A stretch of 64,000 nt of DNA, from positions 128,001-192,000 of the forward strand of contig JBEPZY010000006.1 of NCBI GenBank assembly GCA_041640595.1, written 5' to 3'. Source of the DNA: Gemmatales bacterium (GTDB lineage: Bacteria > Planctomycetota > Planctomycetia > Gemmatales > HRBIN36). This document shows, piece by piece, positions 9,165-19,889 of the stretch. Positions within the stretch are counted from its first letter, which is position 1. The number at the start of each line of letters is the position of its first letter. The notes beneath the pieces were generated by a model. The model saw only the letters and a program-made list of their open reading frames with translations. It ran no database searches and was not told the origin of the DNA. The translations under genes and the position numbers were made by a program.

Positions 9165-10334
9165 ATGGGCTTCAAACAAACCGATGAACATCGCAGTGGT
9201 AAAGGTTCGTATCACCAGATCGGGTTGGTGCGAGGGCAGTTCGGCGATATTCCGGAGGATGAATGGTTGAAATTCATTGCGGAGGTCGGTTTTGATGGCT
9301 GGGAGGAAGCGTCGTGGGAGCTGGATTTGTCGCGCTGTGCAACCGATGCCGGGGCGGAAGCTTATGCCCGCGAGCGCGTTGAGAAGGCACGCAAATACGG
9401 TCTGGAAATTTTCACCGTCGCTGTGCACCTGCAGGGACAGGCCCTCGGCGATGAACCCAGCGCCAAGACTTTGCAATTCGTCGGCGGAGAAGCGCTGGAG
9501 GCTTACAAACGCTGGCGTGCCGCCGGCAACAATCCACCACGCACCGATCCTTACTACGTTCCCGAGGATGTCGGCCGACTGATTCATAAGCAGGCTCTGG
9601 AAGCGTTGTGCAATGCCGCTCGTTATGCGCATTATCTGGGCAAGTTGCAGAATCGCCGCGTGTGTCTGCCCGGCTTTACCGGTTCGCCTGCCCATTGCTG
9701 GAGCCACTGGTTTGAGTTTCCACCGTTGCCACGCAGCCTTGGTGGGTATCCGATTCCCGATGTGCGCGAGGTGAGCCTGGAGCTGCTGGTGGAGCGGTTT
9801 GCGCCGTTTCTGGATGTATGCAAGCGGTATGGCGTGACGTTTGACCTGGAATGCCATCCCAGCGAACGGGCTATGGGCGACCTCGAAAGTGCCGGTGATT
9901 ATCTCCGCGCCATGGACAAGGCCGGTTACAGCAGTGTGGTCGGTTTCAACCTGGATGGCTCCCACATGGAATGGCAGGGCGTGTCGGTGATCGAGTTCAT
10001 CCGCGAGTACGGCGACCGTATCCATTGCGCCCACATCAAGGGAGTCTGGGTCGCCAAAGAACATACTCGTGCCGGTCGGCTCGGCGGTCACCGTCCCATG
10101 GGGCACAAATTCAACGGCTGGAACTTCGTAACCGCCGGCTCCGCTCGCGATGCCAACTCCGTCGAGGAGATCATTATCGAACTCAATCGCGCTGGTTATG
10201 ACGGCGCCATCAATATCGAGTGGGAAGATAACGACGTGGAAAAACGTGCCGGTGCTCGCTATGCTCTGGCTAATGTGCGTCGTGCCGATCACCCGCCCAG
10301 TCGCTCTCGCCACGACGAAACTTTGCGCGTTTGA
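9165..10334 (+). CDS. Sugar phosphate isomerase/epimerase (xylose-isomerase-like TIM barrel)
   Basis: GFDGWE, LECHP, FNLDGSH, HCAHIK, GYDG..NIEWED motifs; AAGGAG RBS. Confidence 0.9.
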   Translation: MGFKQTDEHRSGKGSYHQIGLVRGQFGDIPEDEWLKFIAEVGFDGWEEASWELDLSRCATDAGAEAYARERVEKARKYGLEIFTVAVHLQGQALGDEPSAKTLQFVGGEALEAYKRWRAAGNNPPRTDPYYVPEDVGRLIHKQALEALCNAARYAHYLGKLQNRRVCLPGFTGSPAHCWSHWFEFPPLPRSLGGYPIPDVREVSLELLVERFAPFLDVCKRYGVTFDLECHPSERAMGDLESAGDYLRAMDKAGYSSVVGFNLDGSHMEWQGVSVIEFIREYGDRIHCAHIKGVWVAKEHTRAGRLGGHRPMGHKFNGWNFVTAGSARDANSVEEIIIELNRAGYDGAINIEWEDNDVEKRAGARYALANVRRADHPPSRSRHDETLRV

Positions 10335-10578
10335 TCCGCTGCTCCAAACCTCCGGCGACCCTGACTCATTCGTACTGAATACGACGGGCCATTGCTAGCG
10401 CCCGCGTGACAACTGCTCAGCCTTGTCCTGACTGCGGCAAAGTCTGCCAGGCCATTATGGCGACTGCTCAGCTTCTGCCGAGCTGAACGATTCCCGCGGC
10501 AATCTGGCCGGATAAAATGGCTCGAAAGCGGCGTTGTTACGGTTGTGCCCCTGGTCATACGCCTTCGGAGTCGTCGCA

Positions 10579-12834
10579 ATGGAGGGAATCCTTTACCAGG
10601 AAATAGCGGGTCGGCTGGTATTGCATGCCATGCCCGTGTTGCTGGCGGTGCTGGCAATTTTCGCCATTGCCTATCGCTATTACAGTGCATTTCTGGCAGC
10701 GAAAGTGGCAGTCCTGGACGACCGTAATCCCACGCCGGCTCATCGCCTTTACGATGGCCAGAATTACCATCCGACCAGTCGCTGGGTGCTGTTTGGGGTA
10801 CAGTTTGCCGCGATTTCCGGAGCAGGCCCGCTGATTGGTCCGGTGCTGGCTATGCAGTTTGGTTATCTCCCAGGGTTGTTATGGCTGGTGATTGGCGTAT
10901 GTCTGGCGGGTGCGGTGCAGGACATGCTCGTTCTGGCGGCGTCGGTTCGGCGTGGAGGCAAATCGCTAGCGGAAATTGCTCGCACCGAGTTAGGCCCCTG
11001 GGCAACGGTGGTGGTGAGTGCAGCCATTTTGTTCATCGTGGTCATTGCTCTGGCTGGACTGGGAATGGTCGTGGTCAAAGCGTTAGGCGGAGAAGAAGTA
11101 CCTCTGTCTGCCGGGATGCAAATCCGTCTTCCAGAAAACGCCGAGCTCGTCCAGGAATCCGCCAATGGCGATGCCTTGCGCTACCGTTTTCCGGAAAACT
11201 GCGCTTTGCGTTATACACCGCAGGATCCCTGGCGGACAAGGCCGGAGAGTTTTCTTCTGCGGGTGCCCAGGGATCAACCACTCGCTGTCGAGAACGGCCT
11301 GATCACGCTCCCCGCCGGTTGTCGGCAAATTGTCCCGGGCAGTTCGTGGGGCACGTTCACCATTGCCTGCACCATTCCCATCGCGCTGCTGGTTGGTTTC
11401 TGGATGTACCGTCTCCGTCCGGGAAAAGTGGTAGAAGCTTCGCTGGTAGGAGCGGTTGGTGTGATAGCGGCCACGATTCTGGGTAGCTGGATTCCTGGTT
11501 CGCCGCTCGAACCTTACTTTTCGCTGACCCGTGAGCAAACCATTCTGGCGATGTGCACCTATGGTTTCATCGCTTCGGTGTTACCGGTCTGGCTGCTGTT
11601 GGCGCCGCGGGATTACCTGTCCAGTTTCCTGAAAATTGGAACGATTCTGCTGCTGGTAGTGGGAGTCCTGGTGGCCAACCCGCCGCTTCGACATCCGCCG
11701 ATCAACGAGGTATTCCTCGCCGGCGGCCCGACCTTCAAAGGCAGCGTATTTCCGTTTGTGTTTATCTGCATCATGTGCGGGGCGATCAGTGGTTTTCACT
11801 CTCTGGTATCGTCAGGTACCACTCCGAAGATGGTGGACAAGGAAAGCGACATTCGCCCGGTCGGTTACGGAGCGATGCTGATGGAAGGCTTAGTCGGTGT
11901 GGTGGCCCTGATTGCTGCTGCTTCCCTCGACCCAAAACTCTATTTCGACATGAACACCGACCTCAGTGAGGTTGCCCAGTATCAGCAGCAGCTCGACGAA
12001 CTCTACCGCCGTTTGAGTCAATCACGCGAAGCAAAAGACCCACTGCACCAGGCTGGAGTGCAGGATTTGCATCAATTAGCAGTGCCGACGCACGACCTGG
12101 CCGAGGTCGAACGGATGGTCGGCGGCGAGGCCTTACGCGGACGCACCGGTGGAGCGGTGACGCTTGCCGTGGGCATGGCCCTGATTTTCACCGATGCCCT
12201 GCGCTGGACCGGTCTGGCTATCGAACAGGTCATGAAATACTGGTACCATTTCGCGATCATGTTCGAGGCCCTGTTCATTCTCACGACAATTGACACCGGG
12301 ACGCGCATTGCTCGCTTCCTTTTGCAGGAAGCGCTGGGCAAAGTTTATCGCCCGTTTGAGAGAACGGACTGGCTGCCGGGAGCGGTGCTGGCAACGGCTG
12401 TGGTAACGATGGCCTGGGGAGCGTTGATCTGGACGGGTTCGATCAGTACCATCTGGCCGATGTTCGGCATCGCCAATCAACTGCTGGCGGTCGTTGCTCT
12501 GGCCCTGGTTACGACGCTGCTTATTAACTCTGGCCGCGGTCGGTACGCCTGGGTGACTTTGCTGCCGATGCTGTTTGTCATCAGCACGACGATGACGGCG
12601 GGAGTACAGATGATCACCCGGCAATTCCCGGCGATGATCGCCCAGGGGGGCAGCCGTGCGCTGGCCGGGTATTTGAACATCGGCCTGACGTTGTTCGTCA
12701 TGCTCTGCGTCGTGGTGCTGTTGCTGAATGCGGTGGTGCGCTGGGTGACGGTCTGGCTTACCGCTCCAGTGGCACTGGTGCAGCAAGCATCCGCCCCAGC
12801 ACCGGCTGATCCGTTCCGCGAACCGGGCGGTTAA
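10579..12834 (+). CDS. cstA: Carbon starvation protein A family transporter
   Basis: TPAH..DG, FAAISGAGPLIGP, CGAISGFHSL.SSGTT, GRTGG, WYHFAIMFEALFILTT.D.GTR, IWP.FG.ANQL. Confidence 0.92.
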   Translation: MEGILYQEIAGRLVLHAMPVLLAVLAIFAIAYRYYSAFLAAKVAVLDDRNPTPAHRLYDGQNYHPTSRWVLFGVQFAAISGAGPLIGPVLAMQFGYLPGLLWLVIGVCLAGAVQDMLVLAASVRRGGKSLAEIARTELGPWATVVVSAAILFIVVIALAGLGMVVVKALGGEEVPLSAGMQIRLPENAELVQESANGDALRYRFPENCALRYTPQDPWRTRPESFLLRVPRDQPLAVENGLITLPAGCRQIVPGSSWGTFTIACTIPIALLVGFWMYRLRPGKVVEASLVGAVGVIAATILGSWIPGSPLEPYFSLTREQTILAMCTYGFIASVLPVWLLLAPRDYLSSFLKIGTILLLVVGVLVANPPLRHPPINEVFLAGGPTFKGSVFPFVFICIMCGAISGFHSLVSSGTTPKMVDKESDIRPVGYGAMLMEGLVGVVALIAAASLDPKLYFDMNTDLSEVAQYQQQLDELYRRLSQSREAKDPLHQAGVQDLHQLAVPTHDLAEVERMVGGEALRGRTGGAVTLAVGMALIFTDALRWTGLAIEQVMKYWYHFAIMFEALFILTTIDTGTRIARFLLQEALGKVYRPFERTDWLPGAVLATAVVTMAWGALIWTGSISTIWPMFGIANQLLAVVALALVTTLLINSGRGRYAWVTLLPMLFVISTTMTAGVQMITRQFPAMIAQGGSRALAGYLNIGLTLFVMLCVVVLLLNAVVRWVTVWLTAPVALVQQASAPAPADPFREPGG

Positions 12835-12859
12835 TCCACTAAGCGAGGAAGCATCGGCA

Positions 12860-13606
12860 ATGTATCCGCTCTGGTATCAGACGCTGATGCACCGCTTGTG
12901 GTACCCGCCGGTGAGCACGGCCATGAACGTGCTCTTCAGTGTGCGCACCTGGGGCAGGCAACGTGTGCCGATGAACGGTGGCCTGCTCGTGGTTGCCAAC
13001 CATCAGAGTTTTTTCGATCCGGTACTGGTCGGCATGGCCGTGCGGCGTCGGTTGTGCTATCTGGCCCGTAAAACTCTTTTTCGCAACCCGCTGTTCAGCT
13101 GGTTGATACGCAGTTTCGGAGCGATCCCTATTGACCAGGAAAAACCGAGCCTGGAGGGCATACGCACGGCTCTGGAGTTGCTACGTCGGCAAGAGGCTGT
13201 CGTGCTGTTTCCCGAAGGGGAACGCACGCCGCACGGGCAGATGCAACCGCTGAAACCAGGAGTGGCGTTACTGATTCGGCGAGGTCAGGTGCCGGTCTTG
13301 CCTGTTGCCATTGCTGGTGCCTACGAAATCTGGCCCCGCCATTCTCCCCTGCCGATACTTTGTCCGCTGTGGTCCCGGCGACGTTGCCGGCAAACTGGAG
13401 CCCACCCGTCGATTGCCAAATCGGTTTCCTCAGCAACGCAGTCGCACCAGCCGGGTCGTCGGGGGATTGCTGTTGTGGTAGGCCAGCCCATTCCCTTTGC
13501 CGACTTCGAGAACCTTCCGAACGAGGCCATTCTCGCACGATTGCATCAGGTTTTGCTCGACCTTTTCCATCAGGCTGAGCAACGGCGTTTTGTTTGCCTG
13601 GAGTGA
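12860..13606 (+). CDS. plsC: Lysophospholipid acyltransferase (PlsC-like)
   Basis: NHQSFFD and FPEGER motifs. Confidence 0.88.
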   Translation: MYPLWYQTLMHRLWYPPVSTAMNVLFSVRTWGRQRVPMNGGLLVVANHQSFFDPVLVGMAVRRRLCYLARKTLFRNPLFSWLIRSFGAIPIDQEKPSLEGIRTALELLRRQEAVVLFPEGERTPHGQMQPLKPGVALLIRRGQVPVLPVAIAGAYEIWPRHSPLPILCPLWSRRRCRQTGAHPSIAKSVSSATQSHQPGRRGIAVVVGQPIPFADFENLPNEAILARLHQVLLDLFHQAEQRRFVCLE

Positions 13607-13740
13607 AAATCCCGACCCGTTTGGCGAAGAAGAATCTATTCCGTCGCAAACAACCCGCACATTCCGACCTTTCGCCGGGTGCACATGCAAACTGCAGCAC
13701 CGCCGAATTCGTCCCGCCCGACTTCGGCAGTCTCGTATGT

Positions 13741-14283
13741 TCATTCCTCGCACGAATCGGCTTCTGCTTGCAGCCGGGCGATGTATTCGATCTCCTCGCG
13801 GAGAGATTCCGCGGCAGGGACGGTGGTATTGTCCGGATGGAGACAAAACAGGTCCCAGGGCTCGTTTTTGTAGCCCCACTGACGCACATACCAGGTGCCA
13901 TCGTCATCCTGCAACAACGGAAAGACGACACATTGATACGGCTTGTAACGGTATTTATCACCTTCAGCGGCGCCGAGTTTGTGCAAGACGCAGCCTTGGT
14001 TGAAGAACACGCACCAGCCCTTGACTACAGCAACCAGCGGCAAACCTGCACGCCGACGCCGCGTCAAATACCCTCGCCGCTCCACATGGCGGCGAGCTTC
14101 CGGTCGCAACATTGGCAGCACTCGTGGCAGATGCTTGTTCAAAAGCTCGATTTCCGATTCCACCAGACCAGGCCGGCCATTTCGACAGCACAGGCCCTCA
14201 CAACCTCGACCGAAAGTACACTCAAAGCGGGCCTCATGCAGGTTCTGTATCTGCACGACCGGTAAGGAAGTTTTCGCGGGCAT
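13741..14283 (-). CDS. Cys-cluster protein, DUF3109/YkgJ-like
   Basis: C..GCEGLCC..G, CVFF..GC.LH, KP..C..FP Cys pattern. Confidence 0.8.
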   Translation of the reverse strand: MPAKTSLPVVQIQNLHEARFECTFGRGCEGLCCRNGRPGLVESEIELLNKHLPRVLPMLRPEARRHVERRGYLTRRRRAGLPLVAVVKGWCVFFNQGCVLHKLGAAEGDKYRYKPYQCVVFPLLQDDDGTWYVRQWGYKNEPWDLFCLHPDNTTVPAAESLREEIEYIARLQAEADSCEE

Positions 14284-14385
14284 GCTTCCGAGCCAGTATT
14301 ACGATCTTTGCTGGCGGCGACCGTTTTTTGAGCAGAAGTGGGACGGAGAAAGTGGCCCCAGCAGCCAGGCATTGCCAGCGCTATG

Positions 14386-16107
14386 TCACGACAATCGCTG
14401 CAAAGCGTTACGGATTTCACTCGCAGCGCGATGAGCAGCCTGCTCGACGGGGACGGTAAAGCTCTCGCTCTGGTGCCGCCATTTCATTTCCACCTCGCCC
14501 CGTTGCAGGGTTTTTTCGCCGATGACAATCCGCAACGGTAGCCCGATGAGATCGGCGTCTTTGAATTTGAAACCGGCACGAGCATCCCGGTCGTCGAGCA
14601 ATACTTCGATGCCCTGCTCGCTTAGCTGGCGGTAAATGCGTTCGGCAGTCTGCTGGACTTCCGGTTGGGCGACGTTGAGCGGTAACACCAGCACCTGATA
14701 CGGAGCCAGGCTTACCGACCAGATGATCCCGTTTTCATCGTGACTGGTTTCGATGAGTGCCGCCAGAATGCGGTTGATACCAATCCCGTAACAACCCATG
14801 ATAATCGGATGTGCCTGGCCTTTTTCGTCCAGGTATTGAGCACCGAGCTTGGCGGAGTATTTGGTACCGAGTTTGAAAACGTGTCCGATTTCGATACCCC
14901 GGCGCAAGCGTAGTACGCCGGAACAACGCGGACACGGATCGCCATCTCCAGCGATCCGCAGATCGGCGACCAGGCTGGGCTGAAAATCGCGGCCCGGCTG
15001 AACGCCTACCAGATGGTAGTCCATTTCGTTAGCACCAGTAACTCCGCCTGCCACGAGCAAGACGGCTCGATCAGCAAGGAGGCGTACTTTCAAGCCGATG
15101 GGCCCGGCAAAGCCCACCGGAGCACCGGTAACTCGTTCGATGGTTTCCGGGTCAGCGAGTTCGACGCGACTGACTCCAAGTGTGCGGCGCAACTTGTTTT
15201 CGTTTACCTCATGGTCGCCGCGAACCAGCACCGCCACCGGTTCACCATCGGCCAGGTAGATCAGCGTCTTGATCATTTGCTGCGGCAGGCACTGCAAAAA
15301 ACCGCTGACTTGCTCGATGGTGCTGCGTCCCGGCGTGTGGACTTTGCGGAGTTCCTTTGCGAATAACGGTGCAGCAGCCACCTCGCGATCGCCGATCTCC
15401 GCACGTTCCAGGTTGGCAGCATAGCGGCACTGTTCGCATTCCACCAGGGCATCTTCGCCGGTCTCGGCCAGCACCATGAACTCGTGGGAAGCCTCGCCGC
15501 CAATCGGGCCGCTTTCCGCTTCGACCACCACATATTTCAGACCGCATCGGTCGAAAATGCGGCAATAAGCCTGGTACATTTTTTCGTAACTTTGATTGAG
15601 ATGCGGCACATCTACGTCGAAACTGTAGGCATCCTTCATCAGAAATTCGCGGGTTCGCAGCACTCCAAACCGCGGCCGGGGTTCGTCGCGGAATTTGGTC
15701 TGGATTTGATAAAAAATGACGGGCAACTGACGGTAAGAATTGATATGGTTGCGAACCAGGTCGGTAATAACCTCCTCATGAGTAGGGCCGAGCACCAAAA
15801 GCGCCCCTTTGCGATCGCGCACTTTCATCAGGGTGTCGCCATAATCTGCGAATCGGCCCGTCTCCTGCCAGAGTTCTGCCGGATGAATCGCAGGCATCAA
15901 CACTTCCAGGGCGCCGCTGCGATCCATTTCCTCACGGACAATACGAATAGCTTTTTGCAAAGCACGGAAACCCAGCGGCAGATAGGTGTACGCCCCGGCA
16001 ACCAGTTGCCGGATCAATCCCGCCCGCACCATCAAACGATGGCTGGGCACCTGGGCTTCTGCAGGGTCTTCCTTGAGTGTGGGAATAAATGTCTGCGACC
16101 AGCGCAA
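14386..16107 (-). CDS. proS: Proline--tRNA ligase (bacterial type with INS editing domain)
   Basis: LGPTHEE, FRDE.RPRFG..R.REF.MKD, GIEIGH.F.LG, MGCYGIG, YbaK-like insertion; TTG start with GGAGG RBS. Confidence 0.97.
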   Translation of the reverse strand: MRWSQTFIPTLKEDPAEAQVPSHRLMVRAGLIRQLVAGAYTYLPLGFRALQKAIRIVREEMDRSGALEVLMPAIHPAELWQETGRFADYGDTLMKVRDRKGALLVLGPTHEEVITDLVRNHINSYRQLPVIFYQIQTKFRDEPRPRFGVLRTREFLMKDAYSFDVDVPHLNQSYEKMYQAYCRIFDRCGLKYVVVEAESGPIGGEASHEFMVLAETGEDALVECEQCRYAANLERAEIGDREVAAAPLFAKELRKVHTPGRSTIEQVSGFLQCLPQQMIKTLIYLADGEPVAVLVRGDHEVNENKLRRTLGVSRVELADPETIERVTGAPVGFAGPIGLKVRLLADRAVLLVAGGVTGANEMDYHLVGVQPGRDFQPSLVADLRIAGDGDPCPRCSGVLRLRRGIEIGHVFKLGTKYSAKLGAQYLDEKGQAHPIIMGCYGIGINRILAALIETSHDENGIIWSVSLAPYQVLVLPLNVAQPEVQQTAERIYRQLSEQGIEVLLDDRDARAGFKFKDADLIGLPLRIVIGEKTLQRGEVEMKWRHQSESFTVPVEQAAHRAASEIRNALQRLS

Positions 16108-16493
16108 GGTTAGCTTCCTCCCATGACCGGTGGCTTCGCTTTAGTTCGCGCCAATTTTACCGTCAGCGGGGACGATTTTGATTTTGTACCGAGCGTAATT
16201 TTGGCCAATGATTCGCGCCGATGCACCTGCCCCAGGTCTGGCCGACTTGCTACCAGCCTGGGTATTTTTTGCGAGAGTGCATGGCCGGGTTGCAGAGCCA
16301 ATCGAAGATTTTACACACTGGCAGTGTATCGCGCTTTCTGGCCGCAGAAAGGCCGAATTCCTCGCTGCAAACCACACGACCGCTGAAAGTCTGAACCGTG
16401 AACGCAACTGCGACGTACAATTCACAAGAACCGACAGCCGTCTTACATTCCAGCTGGCCGTGAAACCGCTATTTCCCGCCTGGGAATCCCGCC

Positions 16494-17042
16494 TTGCCGC
16501 CGGATGCTTTTGCTGTACCGAGTCTGGAAGGGCTTTATCGCTTGTTCGGCGATGAATCGTGGCCGGGCTATGTTCCTGTGCCGGCGAATGAAGTTCCGCC
16601 GCCCTATGATCGCCTGCTTGTTCACCACGAGCACATGACTGTGACCATGGAAGCGTTTTACGGCGGTCTCGTCACGTTGCACGTCCTGGCACGCCGACGC
16701 ACCGACGACTGGTACGCTCGAAAGATTCTGCTGCTACGGCAAAGCCAGGTAGTGCAGTTCGGAATCGTGCGAATCCATCTCAGCCTGTGTGCGGAAGAGG
16801 TACGTGCTGCCATTCTGCGCGAGGATACGCCCCTGGGACATATCCTCATCCGGCACAACGTGCTGCGGTACATCGAGCCGGTAGCGTTTCTGCGGGTGGT
16901 ACCCGACCCCGCTATGTGCGGCTGGTTCGGGCTGGCAGAACCTCGGGAAACTTACGGCCGGCTCGCCATCATCCATTGCGATCATCAACCGGCGGTCGAG
17001 TTGCTGGAAATTCCCGCTCCGGTTACTATACCGGCGCGCTAA
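16494..17042 (+). CDS. Chorismate-lyase/UTRA-fold-like hypothetical protein
   Basis: LLVHHEHMTVTME, R.ILL, TPLGHIL, YGR pattern resembling UbiC/DUF98; start uncertain. Confidence 0.6.
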   Translation: MPPDAFAVPSLEGLYRLFGDESWPGYVPVPANEVPPPYDRLLVHHEHMTVTMEAFYGGLVTLHVLARRRTDDWYARKILLLRQSQVVQFGIVRIHLSLCAEEVRAAILREDTPLGHILIRHNVLRYIEPVAFLRVVPDPAMCGWFGLAEPRETYGRLAIIHCDHQPAVELLEIPAPVTIPAR

Positions 17043-17210
17043 CCACCAGGACGAATGCGATCCATTGCGGCGTGTTGGTACTACGGCCATTCGACAATTC
17101 GTGGTCAGTCGCTAAAAATTACCGTGAACCGGCTTGCGTGGCTAACACCAGCGGTCGCCTGATCCGGGCCTTGTCCATTCGCGGCAGCACTGTCAGGGAG
17201 CAAAACTGTC

Positions 17211-17714
17211 ATGCGCTTCTGGATGACGCTGATCCTGGGAACGGTAGTGGTTAGTGCTTCATTGACCTGGCTTTATTTGCGAATGGAAGCGGCACCGCGT
17301 CCGGCCATTCAATTGCAATCCGAAAGCGGTGCCCTACCCCGGGTAGAGTTCCCCAATCACGAGGTGGTCGGCGACCCGAAAACCGTCGCACTGCAGCACG
17401 ACAAGTCCGAATTGGACAAGGAATATCGCATGACCATCTCGGTTGCCAATCGCGGTGAGGGACAACTGCATTTGAGGCTGGTGCGGAAAACGTGCGGTTG
17501 CGTGCAGCAGGTCTTTTTAGACGATGCTCCTATGCCCGAGGGATTTCCGTTCACGTTGGACCCGGGTAGCCAGAAACAGCTGGCGGTGGTGTGGAAGTAT
17601 TCTCGCGGTCTGGCAGAACCGGATCGCGACCGTCGGTTTGCCGTAGAATTCGTCACCAACGATCCGGAGGCACCTGTCTTCCGCGTGGAAATTGCAACGC
17701 ACGTTGTCCGCTAA
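17211..17714 (+). CDS. Membrane-anchored Ig-like DUF1573-type protein
   Basis: N-terminal TM; N.G...L.L....TCGC, L.PG, F.TNDP motifs. Confidence 0.75.
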   Translation: MRFWMTLILGTVVVSASLTWLYLRMEAAPRPAIQLQSESGALPRVEFPNHEVVGDPKTVALQHDKSELDKEYRMTISVANRGEGQLHLRLVRKTCGCVQQVFLDDAPMPEGFPFTLDPGSQKQLAVVWKYSRGLAEPDRDRRFAVEFVTNDPEAPVFRVEIATHVVR

Positions 17715-17752
17715 CGGCAAGGCTGCCGTGATTCATTACCAGGAGGGGAAGT

Positions 17753-19537
17753 ATGCCCGCCTTTGCGGAACGTATAGCAATCGTGCTGGTTCTGCTGGCC
17801 TTACCGGTGGCCATTTTCCTCGCGCCAGCAGTTTATCTTTCCTACCTAATCCCCGAAAATGATCCGCCCAAAATCTTACCGCGTCCGGTCTCGCAGAAAC
17901 TACCTGATCCGGCTGAGCAAGTGTTACAAGCCTGGCGTGATCCTGAACCGGGACTGGTGCTGGCTTTTTCCGGGCAGATGTACGGTTATCTGCAACCGTG
18001 CGGGTGTGCGCGACCCCAGGTGGGAGGGCTGGAACGGCGTTACCAATTATTGCAACGGTTACGCCAATCCGGCTGGCCGGTCGTTGGTTTCGACCTGGGC
18101 GACCTGGCCCGAATTCGCTACGAGCTCAAACAAGGCGTCTTCGCTCTGGCTGAACAAGCCCGCCTCAAATACGAAACCGCCTGGAAAATGCTCAAGGAAT
18201 GTGGCTGGCAGGTGGTCGGCATCGGGCCGGAAGAAATTCGTTTCCCGCTCGAAGATGTTTTCGGCTGGGCGTTGAACGATCGGCCCCCGGTTTTGGTTTG
18301 CAGCAACCTCGACTGGCCGGACTGGCGGGATACTGGAGCCTATCGGCAATGGCACGTGTACGAAGTGCCGCTTGCCGACCACAGCACCAGAAGCAATCAA
18401 ACTCGCCCCCCGACCGAAACCGCCGTACCGCCTGAAGGCTCAGCGTCAAATTCGCGGTCAGCATCGCCTCGCTGGCGAATCGTTTGCCTGGCTGTGATTA
18501 ATGAAAGCGTAGTATCGGAGTTGAAAAAAGAGTTGCCTCAGGATGCGGAAATTTTCAAGCGCCTTCAGCCGGCCGAGCATGCCCTGGCTCGGCTCTGGCC
18601 GGAAGTAAGTAAATGCCAACCCAATCTCGTGGTGCTTCTCCATCACGGCACCGATTATGAGGCACGTGCACTGGCAGAGCAGTTCGGTGGGATAGATATC
18701 GTGCTTAGCCGGGATACCGCCGATGTGGCTTCTTCGATAGCTGTATCGCTGCCACCCAGCCAAACGGCAACCTTCCCGCGTACGCCTGCCATCAATAATC
18801 GTTTGCTGGTGCGAGTCGGGCACAAGGGAAAAGCTATCGGACTGGTGGGCGTGCGACCGGTGAAAACCACTGCCGAATCATCCAGCCGCGAACCATCCCA
18901 TTCCGGTGCAGCATTTGCCTATCGGTTAGACTACCGCATGGTCGAATTGACCGAGCCACTCGAACTGCCGCCCGACCAGACCAACCCGGTTCGGGAGGCC
19001 ATGCGCGAATATGTGTATCAGGTTTACGCCCGCGACCTATTGCGACGTTGGGTGGAACAGCGGCAGGCGACACACCCGCAACAGTTAGACCAGCCCGGTG
19101 CGGTCTTTGCAGGTACGGAGCGCTGTGCCGAGTGTCATCGTAACGCTTGCCGGGTCTGGAATCAGTCCAAGCACAGTCAAGCCTACGCCGCCCTGGTCAA
19201 ATACGGTGAGCCGAAAACAACCGACCAGCGATCCGGCAAGATGGTCGGCCGGCAGTACGACCCGGAGTGCGTTATCTGCCACACCACCGGCTTTGAATAC
19301 AAGAGCGGTTTCCGTAATGAGCAGGAAACGTCGCACTTGCTGGCCAACGGCTGCGAGAATTGCCACGGGCCAGCCAGCCTGCATGTCCAGTTTCCGCAGG
19401 ATTCGAAATACTGGCAACCGCTCCGCCGTACTGCCAGCAACTTCGTCAACGCCTGCCGGTCCTGCCACGATTCAGAAAACGATCCCCATTTCGATTTCAG
19501 CAAGTACTGGCCCCAGATCGTCCATAAAAAGGACTAA
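17753..19537 (+). CDS. Tetraheme c-type cytochrome (c554-like C-terminus) fused to a degenerate 5'-nucleotidase/metallophosphoesterase-like domain
   Basis: CAECH, CVICH, CENCH, CRSCH; N-terminal G.L.PCGC...GGL.RR, DLGD; N-terminal TM. Confidence 0.85.
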   Translation: MPAFAERIAIVLVLLALPVAIFLAPAVYLSYLIPENDPPKILPRPVSQKLPDPAEQVLQAWRDPEPGLVLAFSGQMYGYLQPCGCARPQVGGLERRYQLLQRLRQSGWPVVGFDLGDLARIRYELKQGVFALAEQARLKYETAWKMLKECGWQVVGIGPEEIRFPLEDVFGWALNDRPPVLVCSNLDWPDWRDTGAYRQWHVYEVPLADHSTRSNQTRPPTETAVPPEGSASNSRSASPRWRIVCLAVINESVVSELKKELPQDAEIFKRLQPAEHALARLWPEVSKCQPNLVVLLHHGTDYEARALAEQFGGIDIVLSRDTADVASSIAVSLPPSQTATFPRTPAINNRLLVRVGHKGKAIGLVGVRPVKTTAESSSREPSHSGAAFAYRLDYRMVELTEPLELPPDQTNPVREAMREYVYQVYARDLLRRWVEQRQATHPQQLDQPGAVFAGTERCAECHRNACRVWNQSKHSQAYAALVKYGEPKTTDQRSGKMVGRQYDPECVICHTTGFEYKSGFRNEQETSHLLANGCENCHGPASLHVQFPQDSKYWQPLRRTASNFVNACRSCHDSENDPHFDFSKYWPQIVHKKD

Positions 19538-19889
19538 CCAGCCGGCTGGGTGCCTCTCGAATACCGGCTCTCGCACATCGGCATAGAAGTTTCACTGCTG
19601 GCGTGAACTGGGCCGACGTGGTTACCTCTCCGGCAAAACTCCCGTACAACTGTCTAGCATTCCCATTTGCCAGCACCACACGCGCCCCGATTGCCTAATT
19701 GTCCGCTGATGAAGCGCACCTTCCGATAAAACGACTACTGTCCGGCCAGGCCACCGGTTGTTCATTACCGGTCAGCCTGGCCTTGATGGAGCAGCCACGC
19801 TCTACTTTGGTCGGCTGTACTTGTGCGTTAGGTCATGGTTCTGGACAGGGCGAATGCCGTCCGTTGAGCCTGGAAGAGACGCCCCAAAC

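Noticed and set aside
9108..10313. 401-aa minus-strand ORF
   Set aside because: Antisense shadow of the sugar isomerase gene; no recognisable motifs
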